The notes under the pieces are model-generated. The model was not told where the DNA came from and did not search any database. It worked only from the letters and a program-made list of their open reading frames with translations. The position numbers were made by a program, and so were the translations under genes. Below are positions 1 to 9,543 of a DNA stretch of 64,000 nucleotides, piece after piece (the stretch's first letter is position 1; the number at the start of each line of letters is the position of its first letter). Source of the stretch: an uncultured Candidatus Ruthturnera sp. (lineage in GTDB: Bacteria; Pseudomonadota; Gammaproteobacteria; PS1; Pseudothioglobaceae); contig CAYUWB010000001.1 in the NCBI GenBank assembly GCA_964448305.1, positions 11,704-75,703 on the forward strand, in the 5' to 3' direction.

Positions 1-45
1 GACGGTGATGATCATTCTGCATGTGGTGATGGTTGTTCCCATTAA
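1..45 (+). CDS. 3' end of an ORF entering from the left edge (Cys/His-rich tail, identity unknown)
   Basis: Frame 1 is open from base 1 and ends ...DGDDHSACGDGCSH then TAA (43-45). It is too short to assign. It lies directly upstream of hydrogenase-maturation genes. Confidence 0.25.
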   Translation, partial: DGDDHSACGDGCSH

Positions 46-142
46 ATATATAGTCCTAACAAATAAATAAATGATCTTTATTGCTTAAGTAATTTAAGAA
101 GGAGTGGTTCCGTGTCATTAAATTTTTTTCTAATTATTAGAG

Positions 143-880
143 TTGTATCTTATTAAAATGGCGACTAATAACGATCAAGAGCGTATTGGTTATATGACAT
201 CTTCCGGATGGGAGAAGTTACTTGAACAAGTTAACGCACAAATTGAAGAATTAGAACAAATTTCAGATTCTAAAGTAAAAGATCAAGTCTTTACCTTATT
301 GGCAGGTATTGACGCTATACATCGAGAGTCTCTGGGAAGGTTGGTTAGTTTGTTTAAGGAAGGCGTTCTTGAGCAAGTGATTAATGACCCACCGATTCAC
401 ACCTTGATGGAGTTATATGATCTGTTACCATCTTTGGAAGAACATCAAGAGCAAAAGTATGATGAAAATGGCTTCCCTATAATTCCATTAGATGTCATAA
501 CCGGATCAAAAGGTGCTGCTCCAGTTAAGCATAAAATCCCCCACTGGGTTCCTGTGCCAGATTCGCAATCAATGTTAGAACCCAATTCAACAGATTTAAT
601 TAATGTTGATGGCCACAGTATTATCCTGTGTCGTATTGATGATGAATATTTTGCGGTTTCTGCATCATGCGCGCAAGATGGATCCTCTCTTGAGACAGCG
701 ACTCTTAATAAATACACATTAACTTGTCACAATCACCAAGGCTGTCATTACGATTTACGACAAGGTACCCGTATCGCTGCTCGCGGAGAAAGTATTGATT
801 GCTATCCGGTAGAGGCAGATGAAAAACGTATTATGATCGGTATAGACATGGATTTTATTCCAAATCTGCCAGTCTTTTAA
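143..880 (+). CDS. Two-domain protein: helical N-terminal domain plus C-terminal Rieske-fold domain with non-canonical ligand boxes (hydrogenase-cluster associated)
   Basis: 245-aa ORF (TTG 143; ATG at 158 is more likely). The C-terminal ~90 aa has a Rieske/NirD-like layout. Box 1 is SASCAQDGSSL, with Gln where His is expected. Box 2 is LTCHNHQGCHYDLRQG (CxxH plus an extra CH). Its stop is directly followed by the hydrogenase endopeptidase gene. Confidence 0.6.
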   Translation: MYLIKMATNNDQERIGYMTSSGWEKLLEQVNAQIEELEQISDSKVKDQVFTLLAGIDAIHRESLGRLVSLFKEGVLEQVINDPPIHTLMELYDLLPSLEEHQEQKYDENGFPIIPLDVITGSKGAAPVKHKIPHWVPVPDSQSMLEPNSTDLINVDGHSIILCRIDDEYFAVSASCAQDGSSLETATLNKYTLTCHNHQGCHYDLRQGTRIAARGESIDCYPVEADEKRIMIGIDMDFIPNLPVF

Positions 881-1408
881 TTGATTAATATGAGTGATAT
901 AGATTATAAGTTACTCGTTGTTGGGGTGGGCAATGTATTGCAAGGTGACGATGGTTTTGGGGTTGAATTAGCGCATCGTTTAATGTCAAGAACTGATATT
1001 CCAGACAATATAAAGTTAATGGAAACCGGAATCGGTGGAATGAGTCTAATTCAGGAGCTTATGTATGGTTATGATGCATTGTTAATCCTTGATGCTTATC
1101 AAAATGGCGGTGAGCCTGGACGATTGTATTTATTAGAGCCACTACTGCCAGATTTATCAGGGCTTAAGCCTCATGAGCTTCGAGATTATTTTTCTGATAC
1201 ACATTACGCAACCCCTATGCGTGCATTGAATTTTCTATCACGTGTAGGTCAATTACCAAAAGTAGTTAATATTATCGGTTGTGAGCCTGAAGAGATAGAT
1301 GATATGACACTTGGCTTAAGTAAAGTTGTTACAGATGTCATTCCGCAAGCGGAAAAAATGACTATCGATTGGATAGATAGGCATTTAAATTCGTCTGCTT
1401 ATGTCTGA
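881..1408 (+). CDS. [NiFe]-hydrogenase maturation endopeptidase (HyaD/HupD/HoxM family)
   Basis: Hallmark N-terminal motif LVVGVGNVLQGDDGFGVELAHRL, the later DAxxxGxxPG-like segment (LDAYQNGGEPG) and a size of ~170 aa. TTG 881 or ATG 890 is a possible start. Confidence 0.85.
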   Translation: MINMSDIDYKLLVVGVGNVLQGDDGFGVELAHRLMSRTDIPDNIKLMETGIGGMSLIQELMYGYDALLILDAYQNGGEPGRLYLLEPLLPDLSGLKPHELRDYFSDTHYATPMRALNFLSRVGQLPKVVNIIGCEPEEIDDMTLGLSKVVTDVIPQAEKMTIDWIDRHLNSSAYV

Positions 1409-1457
1409 TTAAATGACTAATGTATAGTAATAAAAAAAACTACGTTAAAATTGACTT

Positions 1458-1739
1458 ATGGATAATAATATTAAAACATTGGAAGACGGTCTGATTGCAT
1501 ACAAGCAGCAAAAATATAAAGAAGCAGCAAAAATATGGACCATTCTTGCTGATCAAGGTGATGCAGAGGCACAATTCAATATAGGGGTTATGTTTAAAAA
1601 TGGTATAGGTGTACCACAAGACGATAGCGAAGCAATGCGTTGGTTACGACAATCTTCTGCTCAGGATCATGAGCATGCAAAATTAATTGTTGACGTAATA
1701 GATAGAGAGTCAGAAGATAGTGTGAAAAATCAGAGCTAA
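1458..1739 (+). CDS. Small Sel1-repeat (TPR-like) protein, no signal peptide
   Basis: 93 aa. Sel1 consensus stretch GDAEAQFNIGVMFKNGIGVPQDDSEAMRWLRQSS. Confidence 0.65.
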   Translation: MDNNIKTLEDGLIAYKQQKYKEAAKIWTILADQGDAEAQFNIGVMFKNGIGVPQDDSEAMRWLRQSSAQDHEHAKLIVDVIDRESEDSVKNQS

Positions 1740-1833
1740 GTCATTTTTTAGGTCTGATAACAGTTATTTTCTTGCTATAGGTATAGAGTAAAAGTCATAA
1801 TGAAAATTGTCCAGCAGTGGCTGTTGTAAGTTT

Positions 1834-2115
1834 TTATTTCTGATCATTGCGAACCATGGCGTCCAACTGCATCTGGACTTCTCCGAGTTCACGGAGTAAT
1901 TCTAGTGTTTTATGAGCTTCAGCTTCATTAATACGACTCATAGCAAAACCAAGGTTAATCAATGCCCATTCCCCGACACAGGAGTCCACTGGATGATCTG
2001 CATCGACAAGAAATGCAATGTTAATTTCTTGTTTTTTACCATTAACCTCAATCATCGCTAAATTGGTTTCTGGGTTGCTTATTTCAACGATCTTTCTTGG
2101 AATACCTACGCACAT
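1834..2115 (-). CDS. hypC: Hydrogenase assembly chaperone HypC/HupF
   Basis: N-terminal MCVGIPRKIVEI (conserved MC(L/V)GIP with the essential Cys2). The 93-aa size fits the family. Confidence 0.85.
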   Translation of the reverse strand: MCVGIPRKIVEISNPETNLAMIEVNGKKQEINIAFLVDADHPVDSCVGEWALINLGFAMSRINEAEAHKTLELLRELGEVQMQLDAMVRNDQK

Positions 2116-2251
2116 AATTTACCTTGGAATAAAAAATAATACAAATTAGAAACTGTATGAAACTAAGTGTTTATACATCCTAATTTTGATTATATCACTG
2201 CACTCTACGTTTAGTGTTTAAATAATAGCTTGTCTTTAATTTCCGTTTCAT

Positions 2252-2719
2252 ATGAAAAACTCAATTGTAAAAGCGTTAGCGTTAACTATTCTATTTTTTA
2301 TTAACCCTGCAAACTCTGAAGGGAAGGTTGCTTTTTATTATCCAACTGGAGAGCTTGAGCAGGTTAAAGAGTTTGTTAACGACAAGGTATTAAAAGTTAC
2401 TTACTATTACAAAACCAGTGAAGTTAAAGAAGTTAATGAGTTTTTAGATAATCAACCTTTAAAAGCTATTGTTTATCATAAATCTGGCAAGGTTAAACTT
2501 GTTCAAGAATATACTGATGGAAAAATTTCAAAAACCATTCATCATCATAAGACGGGTAAAGTTAAGATAGTTCAATTTTTTAATGATCAAATATCAAAAA
2601 TAACTTATTATCAAAAGACTGGTAAAGTTAGCCAAATTCGAGAATATGTTGACGGTATAAAGACAAAAATTATTAACTTTGATGACAATGGAGAAGTGAA
2701 GAAAACTAAAGAGTTTTAA
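2252..2719 (+). CDS. Secreted MORN-variant (YwqK-like) repeat protein
   Basis: Signal peptide MKNSIVKALALTILFFINPANSEG, followed by six ~23-aa repeats of the type (Y/H)(Y/H)KTGKVKxVxE(F/Y)xDGK. AT-rich codon usage. Confidence 0.7.
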   Translation: MKNSIVKALALTILFFINPANSEGKVAFYYPTGELEQVKEFVNDKVLKVTYYYKTSEVKEVNEFLDNQPLKAIVYHKSGKVKLVQEYTDGKISKTIHHHKTGKVKIVQFFNDQISKITYYQKTGKVSQIREYVDGIKTKIINFDDNGEVKKTKEF

Positions 2720-2847
2720 ACTTGTCAAAAAAAGTCTTCAAATTGTTCTTTGATGTAAGTAGCCATAAGTTCGTAGTCAGCTATTGTTAATTCCTTTTAT
2801 TTTCAGGATTCTTTAGTAATCAATCTGTTGCTGTATACTTAACCATC

Positions 2848-5016
2848 ATGTCATTAACGCCTAAAAATTTACATTCTTACCCAAAATTTTGGCCTGATAA
2901 AAAAGGACTTGTGCCCGCACCATTGCTGCCTATGTCTCGTAAAGAGATGGAAGATTTGGGTTGGGATAGTTGCGATATTATCATTATTACAGGGGATGCG
3001 TATGTAGACCACCCTAGTTTTGGCATGGCAATTATTGGTCGATTATTAGAATCTCAGGGTTTTCGTGTAGGGATTATTTCTCAGCCTGATTGGCACTCAG
3101 CTGAAGATTTTCGTCAACTAGGAAAGCCCAATCTATTTTTTGCTGTTGCATCAGGGAATATGGACTCTATGGTGAATCATTACACCGCTGAAAAAAGACC
3201 GCGTTCTGATGATGCTTATACAGCTGGCGGTGTCGCAGGTAAACGACCTGATCGTGCTACGACTGTTTACACACAGCGTGCTAAGGAAGCTTTTAAGGGT
3301 ATTCCAGTTATTATTGGTGGCATTGAAGCCAGTTTGCGACGTATTGCCCAATATGATCACTGGTCGCAAACTATTCGTCGTTCAATTCTGCCTGATTCTA
3401 AGGCTGATTTATTGCTTTTTGGTAATGCTGAACGTGCTGTGGTTGAGGTAGCACATCGGGTTGCAGCAGGTGAAGATATTAGGCAAATTACCGATATACG
3501 TGGTACGGCATATATGCGACAAGGTATTCCTGAAGGCTGGAGCGTTTTAGATTCAAGTGAGATTGATACTGATAAAAGTTTGGATCATCCACAAGCAGAT
3601 CCTTATGCAGATACCTCTGCTAAGGATAAGCAAGGTTGTAGTGATAAGAACAACCAAACTAAGCCGAATAAAATCGACCCTAATCAAGGGGCAGTTCAGG
3701 TGATTGATTTTGACCATCGAACCAAAGGCTTAAAGCGAGAAAGAACAGTGATTCGATTGCCTTCTTTTGAGCAAGTGGCAAATGATCGTTATCTGTATGC
3801 ACATACGTCACGCGTATTTCATTTAGAAACAAATCCGGGTAATGCAAGAGCTTTAGTGCAGCGCCATGGTGAACGGGATGTTTGGTTAAATCCGCCACCG
3901 ATTCCTTTATCTATGGAAGAGTTCGACAGTGTATTTGAACTGCCTTATACACGCCATCCACATCCTGCTTATGGCGATTTAAAGGTTCCTGCCTTTGACA
4001 TGATTCGTTATTCAATTAACATTATGCGTGGTTGTTTTGGTGGCTGTACTTTTTGCTCTATTACTGAGCATGAGGGGCGTATTATTCAAAGTCGTTCAGA
4101 GGATTCGGTTATTCAAGAGATTGAAACAATTCGTGATACTGATAAAGATTTTAAAGGCAATATTTCTGATCTTGGTGGGCCAACGGCCAATATGTACCGC
4201 TTGCAGTGTAAAGACACCAAAATAGAATCTGCCTGCCGTCGACTATCTTGCGTATACCCTGGTATTTGTCCAAATCTGGGGACGGATCATAAGCCACTGA
4301 CTAAATTGTACCGACGTGCGCGCAAACTAGAAGGTGTTAAGCGTGTTTTTATTGCCTCAGGTTTACGTTATGATTTGGCTGTACGTGATCCTGAATATAT
4401 CAAAGAATTGGTGACGCATCACGTAGGCGGGCGTTTAAAAATTGCACCTGAACATACTGAAGATGACACTTTGTCAAAAATGATGAAGCCGGGTATTGGC
4501 TCGTATTATCAATTTAAAAAATTGTTTGATCGTTATTCTAAGCAAGCGGGTAAAGAGCAATACTTAATTCCTTACTTTATCTCTTCTCATCCTGGAACTA
4601 GTGATTTAGACATGCTAAATCTAGCACTTTGGTTAAAACGTAACGATTTTAAACCTGATCAAGTGCAAGCTTTTATTCCCACCCCTATGGCAATAGCCTC
4701 TGCGATGTATCATAGCGAATTAAACCCACTAAAGAAAATTACTAGAAAGTCAGAATCAGTAAAAACTCCACGTAGCGGACAACAACGAAAATTACATAAA
4801 GCTTTTTTACGCTATCACGATCCTAAAAATTGGGATGTATTACGTAAAGCATTAAAGCGAATGGGGCGTAGCGATCTAATAGGTAATAAAGAAGATTGTT
4901 TGGTGCCTTACTCCAACTCCGGAAGCACGTTAAAGCAATCGCATTTACGCAAAAATAATAACGATTTTCATCATCGTATTGCTATAAAAAAGTTTAAAAA
5001 AAATAAAAGAAAGTAA
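2848..5016 (+). CDS. ygiQ: YgiQ-family (UPF0313) radical SAM protein
   Basis: 722 aa. N-terminal [34 protein letters not shown] and the radical-SAM cluster motif CFGGCTFCS. Basic C-terminal tail. Confidence 0.85.
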   Translation: MSLTPKNLHSYPKFWPDKKGLVPAPLLPMSRKEMEDLGWDSCDIIIITGDAYVDHPSFGMAIIGRLLESQGFRVGIISQPDWHSAEDFRQLGKPNLFFAVASGNMDSMVNHYTAEKRPRSDDAYTAGGVAGKRPDRATTVYTQRAKEAFKGIPVIIGGIEASLRRIAQYDHWSQTIRRSILPDSKADLLLFGNAERAVVEVAHRVAAGEDIRQITDIRGTAYMRQGIPEGWSVLDSSEIDTDKSLDHPQADPYADTSAKDKQGCSDKNNQTKPNKIDPNQGAVQVIDFDHRTKGLKRERTVIRLPSFEQVANDRYLYAHTSRVFHLETNPGNARALVQRHGERDVWLNPPPIPLSMEEFDSVFELPYTRHPHPAYGDLKVPAFDMIRYSINIMRGCFGGCTFCSITEHEGRIIQSRSEDSVIQEIETIRDTDKDFKGNISDLGGPTANMYRLQCKDTKIESACRRLSCVYPGICPNLGTDHKPLTKLYRRARKLEGVKRVFIASGLRYDLAVRDPEYIKELVTHHVGGRLKIAPEHTEDDTLSKMMKPGIGSYYQFKKLFDRYSKQAGKEQYLIPYFISSHPGTSDLDMLNLALWLKRNDFKPDQVQAFIPTPMAIASAMYHSELNPLKKITRKSESVKTPRSGQQRKLHKAFLRYHDPKNWDVLRKALKRMGRSDLIGNKEDCLVPYSNSGSTLKQSHLRKNNNDFHHRIAIKKFKKNKRK

Positions 5017-5143
5017 TAGTCTTTTTATTATTCAAAAAGAACTTTATTTTCAAGAAAAAACTTTATAATGGCAATCACTCAGCGCTGAGGGGGAGAGCGA
5101 AAAGCGTCTTGTGTTTTAAAACACAACTTAGTGTTGAGACTAT

Positions 5144-6316
5144 CTAAACGTCAGCAAGCCGTGTCACTGCTTGTTTAATATTATCCATACTGGTTGCAAA
5201 CGAAAAACGCACATAACCTGGTGCGCCAAAAGCGGAGCCTGGGACTAGTGCAATATTGAGTTTTTCTAAACAATAAGTGGATAACTCAACATCGTCTTTT
5301 AAACCTAAACGTTTGATTAAGCCCTCGACTCTTGGGAAGGAATAGAAGGCGCCTTGTGATCTTGGACATTCAACCCCATCAATGTCGTTGAGTGCATTAA
5401 CAATGTATTCATGACGCTCTTCAAAGGCATTAACCATGGTGCCAATAATACTTTGGTCGCCATTCAGTGCCTCTAGCGCTGCTGCTTGAGAAATAGAACA
5501 CGGGTTAGAGGTTGATTGACCTTGAATTTTTTTCATGGCTTTAATAATGCTTTCTGGGCCTGCACCATAACCAATGCGCCAACCTGTCATCGCATAGCCT
5601 TTTGACACACCATTGAGAATGATAGTGCGATTTTTTAGTGAAGTGTCAGCCATGACAATATTAACAAAGTCATCGTCACCCCAGCGAATATGCTCATAGA
5701 TATCATCGGTGATAATCAGCACATGAGGATGATTTGTGAGTACATTTGCGAGTGCTTTTAATTCATCCTTTGTATAAACCGCGCCAGTTGGGTTGGAAGG
5801 GCTATTCATTACCAATAGTTTAGTGTTGCTATTAATGCTAGCCTCTAATTGTTCGGGTGTGATTTTAAAATCTTGCTCTAGACCAGTTTCTACAATTACC
5901 GGTGTAGCGTCACCTAAGATAACCATGTCTGGATAACTAACCCAATAAGGCGCTGGAATAATGACTTCGTCGCCTTTGTTAAGCACAGCTTGACACAGGT
6001 TGTAAAACACTTGTTTACCACCTGATGAGACCATGACTTCAGCGGCTGAGTAGTCTAGACCATTTTCGCGTTTAAATTTGTCGATGATGGCATTTTTTAG
6101 ATCTGGTGTGCCATCAACTGCTGTGTAGCGCGTTTGTCCGTTTTTAATGGCATTAATACCTGCTTGTTGAATATTCTCTGGTGTATCAAAGTCAGGCTCA
6201 CCTGACCCCATAGGTACGATTTGAATACCTTGGGCTTTAAGCTCATTGGCTTTTGCGGTAACAGCAAGTGTGGCTGAAGGTTTTACTTTTCCAACCCGAT
6301 CTGAAAGAATTGTCAT
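5144..6316 (-). CDS. Class-I PLP-dependent aspartate (aspartate/prephenate-type) aminotransferase
   Basis: 390 aa. Motifs KPSATLAV...GEPDFDTP, NSPSNPTG and the PLP-lysine motif SKGYAMTGWRIGY. Confidence 0.85.
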   Translation of the reverse strand: MTILSDRVGKVKPSATLAVTAKANELKAQGIQIVPMGSGEPDFDTPENIQQAGINAIKNGQTRYTAVDGTPDLKNAIIDKFKRENGLDYSAAEVMVSSGGKQVFYNLCQAVLNKGDEVIIPAPYWVSYPDMVILGDATPVIVETGLEQDFKITPEQLEASINSNTKLLVMNSPSNPTGAVYTKDELKALANVLTNHPHVLIITDDIYEHIRWGDDDFVNIVMADTSLKNRTIILNGVSKGYAMTGWRIGYGAGPESIIKAMKKIQGQSTSNPCSISQAAALEALNGDQSIIGTMVNAFEERHEYIVNALNDIDGVECPRSQGAFYSFPRVEGLIKRLGLKDDVELSTYCLEKLNIALVPGSAFGAPGYVRFSFATSMDNIKQAVTRLADV

Positions 6317-6369
6317 TATCTTTTAAAGTGTTAAAATTGAAAGTTTTATGTTAATCAAAATAACACGCA

Positions 6370-8361
6370 GTGGGTAAAAAGTTTCAGCTAGAATCGCAAT
6401 TTTCTCCAACGGGAGATCAGCCAAAAGCGATTAAGGCTTTAGTGGATGGTGTGAACGCTGGTGAGAAGTTTCAAACACTGCTCGGTGTTACTGGTTCGGG
6501 TAAAACCTTTACTTTGGCTAATGTGATCAAACAAACCAAGCGTGCCAGCCTAATCATGGCGCCAAACAAAACACTGGCCGCCCAGTTATACAGTGAGATG
6601 AAAGAGTTTTTCCCGAATAATGCGGTGGAATATTTTGTTTCATATTATGATTATTATCAACCAGAAGCTTATGTGCCGGCGAGTGATACTTATATTGAAA
6701 AAGACTCATCAATTAACGAGCAAATTGAGCAAATGCGCCTATCTGCGACCAAGGCTTTGCTAGAGCGCGAAGATGTTATTATTATTGCCAGTGTTTCGGC
6801 AATTTACGGTTTGGGTGATCCAGACAGTTATATGCAAATGCTGTTACATCTTAGTGTGGGTGAATTAACCAATCAAAGAGAGATTTTATCGCGCCTATCG
6901 CAAATGCAATATACGCGTAATGATGTAACCTTAATACGAGGGCACTTTAGAGTAAAGGGCGAGGTGATTGATATCTTTCCGGCGGATTCTGAAGAGCAGG
7001 CCATTCGTATTGAAATGTTTGATGATGAAATTGAAGCAATTTATTGGTTTGATCCGTTAACTGGTGAGAAGCTTAAATCTTTACAACGGATTACTATTTA
7101 TCCGCAAACGCATTACGTTACCCCAAAATCTAAAATTTTAAATACTTTGGATGATATTAAAGCCGAGCTCAAGGTTAGACGTAAAGAGCTATTATCACTT
7201 AATAAATTGGTAGAAGAACAGCGCCTTACACAACGTGTGCAAATGGATATTGAAATGATGCGTGAGCTAGGCTATTGTAATGGTATTGAAAATTATTCAC
7301 GTTATTTATCTGGCAGAAAAGAAGGCGAGGCACCGCCAACATTGATGGATTATTTGCCCGATGATGCACTGGTAGTTTTAGATGAATCACACGTAACTGT
7401 TAGCCAAATTGGTGGCATGTATAAGGGCGATCGAGCGCGTAAAAAAACTTTGGTAGAATTTGGTTTTAGACTACCATCAGCACTAGATAATCGCCCATTA
7501 AAATTTAACGAATTTGAAGATCGAGCACACCAGTGTATTTTGGTGTCAGCCACACCGGCAGCCTATGAGCTAGAGGTATCGAATGTGATTGCTGAGCAAG
7601 TAGTGAGGCCAACAGGGTTGTTAGATCCAACGATTGATGTTCGCCCTGTCGACACACAAGTGGATGATTTATTGAGTGAAATACACAAACGTGTAGAGAT
7701 AGGTGAGCGTGTGCTTGTGACAACTCTAACCAAGCGCATGTCTGAGCAACTCAGTGATTATCTCAATGACCATCATGTCAAAGTTCGTTATTTGCATTCT
7801 GATGTGGATACGGTTGAGCGGGTAGAAATCATTCGTGATTTGCGCTTAGGCGTGTTTGATGTGTTGGTGGGTATTAACTTATTAAGAGAAGGATTGGATA
7901 TTCCCGAGGTATCGTTAGTCGCTATTTTAGATGCAGACAAAGAAGGCTTTTTACGCTCTGAGCGTTCACTGATTCAGACCATGGGAAGGGCGGCGCGTCA
8001 TGTTAATGGCAAGGCGATTTTGTACGCTGATCGAATCACAGGGTCGATGGAGCGTGCTATGAGTGAGACTAATCGGCGTCGAGAAAAGCAACAAGCTTAT
8101 AACGAGAAGCACAACATTACACCAAAAGGCGTAGTGAAACCAATTATTAATATTTTAGATACGGATGTCACCAGTCAAGAAAACGATGATAATATGGTGA
8201 ATGAAAACATTCAAAAGCAGCTTTCTCCAGTGCAATTAGCCAAAGAGATAAAAGCCTTAGAAAAACAGATGTACGCTTTTGCAGAAGCGCTAAAATTTGA
8301 GCAAGCGGCGGATGTTCGTAATCAAATCAAACAACTTAAAGATGGTCAATTTAAACATTAA
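6370..8361 (+). CDS. uvrB: Excinuclease ABC subunit B
   Basis: GTG start. Motifs [11 protein letters not shown], Walker [13 protein letters not shown] box (LDESHVT) and the C-terminal UVR domain. 663 aa. Confidence 0.95.
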   Translation: MGKKFQLESQFSPTGDQPKAIKALVDGVNAGEKFQTLLGVTGSGKTFTLANVIKQTKRASLIMAPNKTLAAQLYSEMKEFFPNNAVEYFVSYYDYYQPEAYVPASDTYIEKDSSINEQIEQMRLSATKALLEREDVIIIASVSAIYGLGDPDSYMQMLLHLSVGELTNQREILSRLSQMQYTRNDVTLIRGHFRVKGEVIDIFPADSEEQAIRIEMFDDEIEAIYWFDPLTGEKLKSLQRITIYPQTHYVTPKSKILNTLDDIKAELKVRRKELLSLNKLVEEQRLTQRVQMDIEMMRELGYCNGIENYSRYLSGRKEGEAPPTLMDYLPDDALVVLDESHVTVSQIGGMYKGDRARKKTLVEFGFRLPSALDNRPLKFNEFEDRAHQCILVSATPAAYELEVSNVIAEQVVRPTGLLDPTIDVRPVDTQVDDLLSEIHKRVEIGERVLVTTLTKRMSEQLSDYLNDHHVKVRYLHSDVDTVERVEIIRDLRLGVFDVLVGINLLREGLDIPEVSLVAILDADKEGFLRSERSLIQTMGRAARHVNGKAILYADRITGSMERAMSETNRRREKQQAYNEKHNITPKGVVKPIINILDTDVTSQENDDNMVNENIQKQLSPVQLAKEIKALEKQMYAFAEALKFEQAADVRNQIKQLKDGQFKH

Positions 8362-8977
8362 CGAAATATTTTATTCACTGCAAGGTGAGGCTCGAGAAGT
8401 GGGTTTGCCAACGGTGTTTATACGCCTTACTGGCTGCCCACTTCGTTGCAGCTATTGTGACACTGAATATGCCTTTAAGGGTAATAATATGCTCAGTATT
8501 GATGAGATATTGGCCGAAGTCAAGCAATACAATACACGCTATATTTGTGTTACTGGTGGTGAACCATTGGCTCAAATTAATTGCCATGTTTTGTTAGATG
8601 CGTTGATTAAGGATGATTATCAAGTATCGTTAGAAACCAGCGGTAGTATTGATATTGGCGCTGTTAATCCTGGTGTGTCGGTTGTAATGGACATTAAAAC
8701 TCCATCATCAGAGGAATCTAAGCACAACAAATATGACAATATTGCTAAGCTTAAATCTAAAGATCAGTTGAAGTTTGTGATTGGCTCTCGGGCTGATTTT
8801 GACTGGAGTGTTACTATTTTAGAAAAATATCCAACCGACGCTGGTGTGTTGTTTTCACCGGTGTTTGATGCAGTTGCTCCGATACAATTAGCTGACTGGA
8901 TTTTAGATAAGCAACTCAATGTACGACTACAGGTGCAAATGCACAAACTGCTTTGGGGTGATGAGCCCGGCAGATAA
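8342..8977 (+). CDS. queE: 7-carboxy-7-deazaguanine synthase (radical SAM)
   Basis: [41 protein letters not shown] (QueE CxxxCxxC context). I chose the ATG at 8342 over the ORF-track start at 8297. It overlaps the uvrB stop by 20 nt. Confidence 0.8.
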   Translation: MVNLNINEIFYSLQGEAREVGLPTVFIRLTGCPLRCSYCDTEYAFKGNNMLSIDEILAEVKQYNTRYICVTGGEPLAQINCHVLLDALIKDDYQVSLETSGSIDIGAVNPGVSVVMDIKTPSSEESKHNKYDNIAKLKSKDQLKFVIGSRADFDWSVTILEKYPTDAGVLFSPVFDAVAPIQLADWILDKQLNVRLQVQMHKLLWGDEPGR

Positions 8978-9475
8978 TTAGTTAATGGTTATCTTTTTAA
9001 CTAGTGGTTTTGGTTTGTCTAGTTTTGGAATAGACACGGTTAACGTGCCATCTTTAAAGTCTGCACTGATGTTATCTGTGTCGCCATCACGCGGAATAGA
9101 CATCGAGTGAGAAAAACTCGTTGACGATTTGGCACTTTGGTTGTCAGTGGTTTTTTCGCTATTGCGTACACCTTTAATAGTTAGCCTATTTTTGTTAGTA
9201 GAAATATCAATATCTTCCTTGCCCAAGCCAGAAAGTTTCACATCTACCACGTAGCTATTGTTGTCTTTATCAAAGTATTGTCTTGACTGTGAACTAAAGC
9301 GATTTGCTGAATGTTGCAGACGGTTCATTTCACGGTCTAGCTGTTGAAATTGACGATCAAAATCACGCCAAAAACCATGATTAAGACCTTGGTTAAAAAA
9401 GCCTGATTGAAAAGGCCCGTGTGCACTTGCTAGGGTTGATGCCAACAGCACAACAATTGGTAAGATTTTATTCAT
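8978..9475 (-). CDS. Hsp20/alpha-crystallin family protein with N-terminal Sec signal peptide
   Basis: Signal peptide MNKILPIVVLLASTLASA|HG. Alpha-crystallin domain YVVDVKLSGLGKEDIDISTNKNRLTIKG...ISADFKDGTLTVSIPK. Confidence 0.75.
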   Translation of the reverse strand: MNKILPIVVLLASTLASAHGPFQSGFFNQGLNHGFWRDFDRQFQQLDREMNRLQHSANRFSSQSRQYFDKDNNSYVVDVKLSGLGKEDIDISTNKNRLTIKGVRNSEKTTDNQSAKSSTSFSHSMSIPRDGDTDNISADFKDGTLTVSIPKLDKPKPLVKKITIN

Positions 9476-9543
9476 GTGTTGTCTCCAATATTAATCAATA
9501 TAAGTATATTGTACAAATATTAAGAAAGATTTTCAAGTGCTTG

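Noticed and set aside
1-45. Interpreting the left-edge ORF tail as the C-terminus of a [NiFe]-hydrogenase large subunit
   Set aside because: The tail (SACGDGCSH*) does not match the canonical DPCxxCxxH motif. Fifteen residues are insufficient to assign a family.
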